From Bacteroidota bacterium (GTDB lineage: Bacteria; Bacteroidota; Bacteroidia; Bacteroidales; GCA-2711565): DNA of 64,000 nt. Both the position numbers and the translations under genes were made by a program. The notes below the pieces were generated by a model, which had not been told where the DNA came from, ran no database searches, and was given only the letters and a program-made list of their open reading frames with translations. Positions 62,067-64,000 of the stretch are shown here, piece after piece. Location: the NCBI GenBank assembly GCA_018816945.1, contig JAHIVC010000099.1, forward strand, positions 64,554-128,553, written 5' to 3'. Within the stretch, counting starts at the first letter, position 1. Every line of letters begins with the position of its first letter.

Positions 62067-63257
62067 TTATATCAACTTATTTATGGTATCACGAATCTCT
62101 TTATCTGTTGTTCCCTTTCCATAACCATTAATTACTTTCCTTATAATTCTGTTTTCATCTAAAATAAAAAATATAGGAGCGCTATTAATTTTATAATCAC
62201 TCTTTACCTTCTCGGTTGCCTGAAGATACATATAATCAATCTTATGTTTATCCCGATATTTTTTAATCCCATCTAAGCTTGATACCCAGGTTTCAATACT
62301 GACCAATTCAAAGTCCTTATCCTTGTTTTCTGTGAACAACTGTTTTAAAAAAGGAATGGCCATCTGACAATGTCCACAACCAATCCCTGTAAATTGAATA
62401 AGTACTACTTTACTTTTTAAATCCTTAAAATCTATGAGGGTGTTATCCGCATCTTTTAATAACCATTCGGGGGCTGTTTTTCCTTCAAATTCATTTTTTG
62501 TGACACTTTTTGCAATTTTATATTCTCTTAGCTTATAATCGGGCATAAAATAATCCGAGACCTTAAAATTTTCAATTTTATGCTCATTTAGTATAATAAA
62601 TTCAACAACTTCAACAGTTTTTTCATGGAGCATATCCTGTACAATTTTAAAAGGCAAGCCGTTCGACTTATTTACCCAAATTTCATATAATGAATTTTCG
62701 CCTATTTTCGATCCATAAGGTGTTTCATAAACTGGTATCTTACCAACAAAATGAACTTGATGATCAAATATTGATACAATAAATTGAATCTGTTGACCAA
62801 AATCTTTTGATTCAATCAAAACACTATCTTTTGTTTCATTGACAAACTTGATAATATTTTTTGCCATTGTTATGAAAGGCGGATAAACAATCCGAAACGG
62901 CCAATAGTTATATTCAAAATTATCAATAACCAAGGTTTTGTCTTCATCATAAACCAGAACCCGAACGTTTCCATCATAAGCAAATTGCATTCTCGTTGTA
63001 TCATCCTGATATAGTTTCACAAAACTTGCCCCAACAGAAGTATCAGCAGGATTGTCGAACCACTTAAAATAAAAATGTTTATCTCCAAACATTGAAATGG
63101 TGTCGCCCTGCTGATAGGTTGTTTTAGTTGAAAAATATGTAGCAGATTTAATTTTTCCAAGATTATTTAAAACCTCTTTTAAATATTCACTTTTTGATTG
63201 ACCAACGAGGATGCTTGCAATTAAAACAAATAACAGCAATAAAGATGTTCTTTTCAT
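62067..63257 (-). CDS. TlpA-family thiol-disulfide oxidoreductase with a large N-terminal domain
   Basis: 396 aa with a signal peptide. The C-terminal thioredoxin fold has the active site FTGIGCGHCQMAIP. Confidence 0.7.
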   Translation of the reverse strand: MKRTSLLLLFVLIASILVGQSKSEYLKEVLNNLGKIKSATYFSTKTTYQQGDTISMFGDKHFYFKWFDNPADTSVGASFVKLYQDDTTRMQFAYDGNVRVLVYDEDKTLVIDNFEYNYWPFRIVYPPFITMAKNIIKFVNETKDSVLIESKDFGQQIQFIVSIFDHQVHFVGKIPVYETPYGSKIGENSLYEIWVNKSNGLPFKIVQDMLHEKTVEVVEFIILNEHKIENFKVSDYFMPDYKLREYKIAKSVTKNEFEGKTAPEWLLKDADNTLIDFKDLKSKVVLIQFTGIGCGHCQMAIPFLKQLFTENKDKDFELVSIETWVSSLDGIKKYRDKHKIDYMYLQATEKVKSDYKINSAPIFFILDENRIIRKVINGYGKGTTDKEIRDTINKLI

Positions 63258-63285
63258 GATGAAATATTAGGGTTTTTGTATGATA

Positions 63286-64000
63286 TTAAATTGCAAATAT
63301 CGTTTTCAATTTTTCATCCAGTTGACCCGTTCCCAGAAATTTATCAATAATTATTCCATTAGGATCAATTAAAAAATAGGTCGGCATAAAATAAACCTTA
63401 TAGGACATAATAACATCACCATCACTGCCTTTAAAGTCGCAAACTGTGCTCCAAATCATGTTATATTGTTTTGTGGCATTCTCCCAGTCTTCTCTTTTCT
63501 TATCGAAAGAGATGCTTATGATTTCAAATCCCCTATCACGATAGGCTTGGTAGTTCTTTAACATGTTAGGCAATTCAAGGGTACACGGATTACAATTTGA
63601 ACTCCAAAAATCAAGCAAAATATATTTGCCTTCAAAATTACTTAATCCAATTAAATTACCATCGAGGTCGGGTAATTGAAAATCGGGTGCTTTATCTCCA
63701 ATTTTTAAATCTAAGCTTAAATCTAAATATTTCTTGATCGAGATTCCATAGCTGCTTGCTTTCATTCGATCACTTAAGTTTTCAAATAATTCTTTGGTCT
63801 TATCTTTAGGAATTGTATATGTCATTAATCGTTTTAGGGTGAAAGCACTGTAGAGCTGATCCGGATTATCTTTTATATAATTAGTTTCTACATCCTTTAT
63901 TGCTTGTGATATTTCTCTTCTTTGAGCACTTAATGCCAATCTTTTTTCTGTTTCTTCTTTTGGCAAAGCGCTGTATTCTTTTATGAGACTATCGTAATTC
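63286..64000 (-). CDS. TlpA-family thiol-disulfide oxidoreductase, C-terminal part (N-terminus beyond the right edge)
   Basis: The thioredoxin fold has FWSSNCNPCTLELP. The track's start at 63966 is a TTG, and the reading frame stays open to position 64000 (...NYDSLIKEYSALPKEE...), so the gene is truncated by the window. Confidence 0.7.
   Translation of the reverse strand, partial: NYDSLIKEYSALPKEETEKRLALSAQRREISQAIKDVETNYIKDNPDQLYSAFTLKRLMTYTIPKDKTKELFENLSDRMKASSYGISIKKYLDLSLDLKIGDKAPDFQLPDLDGNLIGLSNFEGKYILLDFWSSNCNPCTLELPNMLKNYQAYRDRGFEIISISFDKKREDWENATKQYNMIWSTVCDFKGSDGDVIMSYKVYFMPTYFLIDPNGIIIDKFLGTGQLDEKLKTIFAI

Noticed and set aside
1-64000. A search by eye for tRNA, rRNA, tmRNA, RNase P, SRP RNA and riboswitch signatures, and for transposase or integrase genes.
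   Set aside because: I saw no T-loop (GGTTCGAAT-like) or other conserved RNA signatures in any gap of 100 nt or more, and no mobile-element enzymes among the ORFs. Visual inspection cannot exclude divergent ncRNAs, so an Infernal/Rfam scan is needed.

Overview
This is an AT-rich chromosomal segment of Bacteroidota type. The assignment rests on SusC/SusD pairs, a T9SS-type C-terminal sorting tail, an S46 peptidase, lipoprotein-rich secretome genes, and TAnnTTTG -7 promoter boxes 15-60 nt upstream of many start codons. I support about 53 protein-coding genes and found no rRNA, tRNA, CRISPR array, integrase or transposase by eye. From left to right: (1) Two tandem susC/susD-type units (the left susC is cut by the window edge). 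Each is preceded by a ~250-nt non-coding block that is more conserved than the genes themselves. Next to them lies a two-component system with an FG-GAP-propeller LytS-type kinase and a LuxR-type regulator. (2) Housekeeping genes: MltD-like transglycosylase, tatA, lysS, lipA, lipB, recO, a PorZ-like propeller, ispG, trkA/trkH, pgk, an Mla-like ABC transporter, a mannose-1-P guanylyltransferase and others. (3) A peptidase-rich right end with S46, an M49-like enzyme, two tandem M3 Dcp lipoproteins, a retropepsin-PDZ protein and TlpA-type thioredoxins. The most interesting region is 24.7-34.6 kb, a compact island with 25 CxxCH heme motifs. It contains an ImcH-like 7-heme inner-membrane protein, a split CbcL-like cytochrome b plus 7-heme pair, a secreted tetraheme, and a monoheme lipoprotein adjacent to a small outer-membrane barrel. 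It also contains a hexaheme lipoprotein with an N-terminal collagen-like Gly-X-Y stalk, its own CcsBA maturation genes, and a divergent Crp/Fnr regulator with FNR-type palindromes in the island's non-coding gaps. No catalytic reductase subunit is present, so I interpret it as a candidate, so far undescribed, cell-envelope or extracellular electron-transfer conduit. The second theme is unusual intergenic DNA: a modular multi-hairpin repeat family, and several helically phased short-word arrays or imperfect palindromes at gene 3' ends. All functional calls come from reading motifs in the supplied translations and sequence; no database search was possible.
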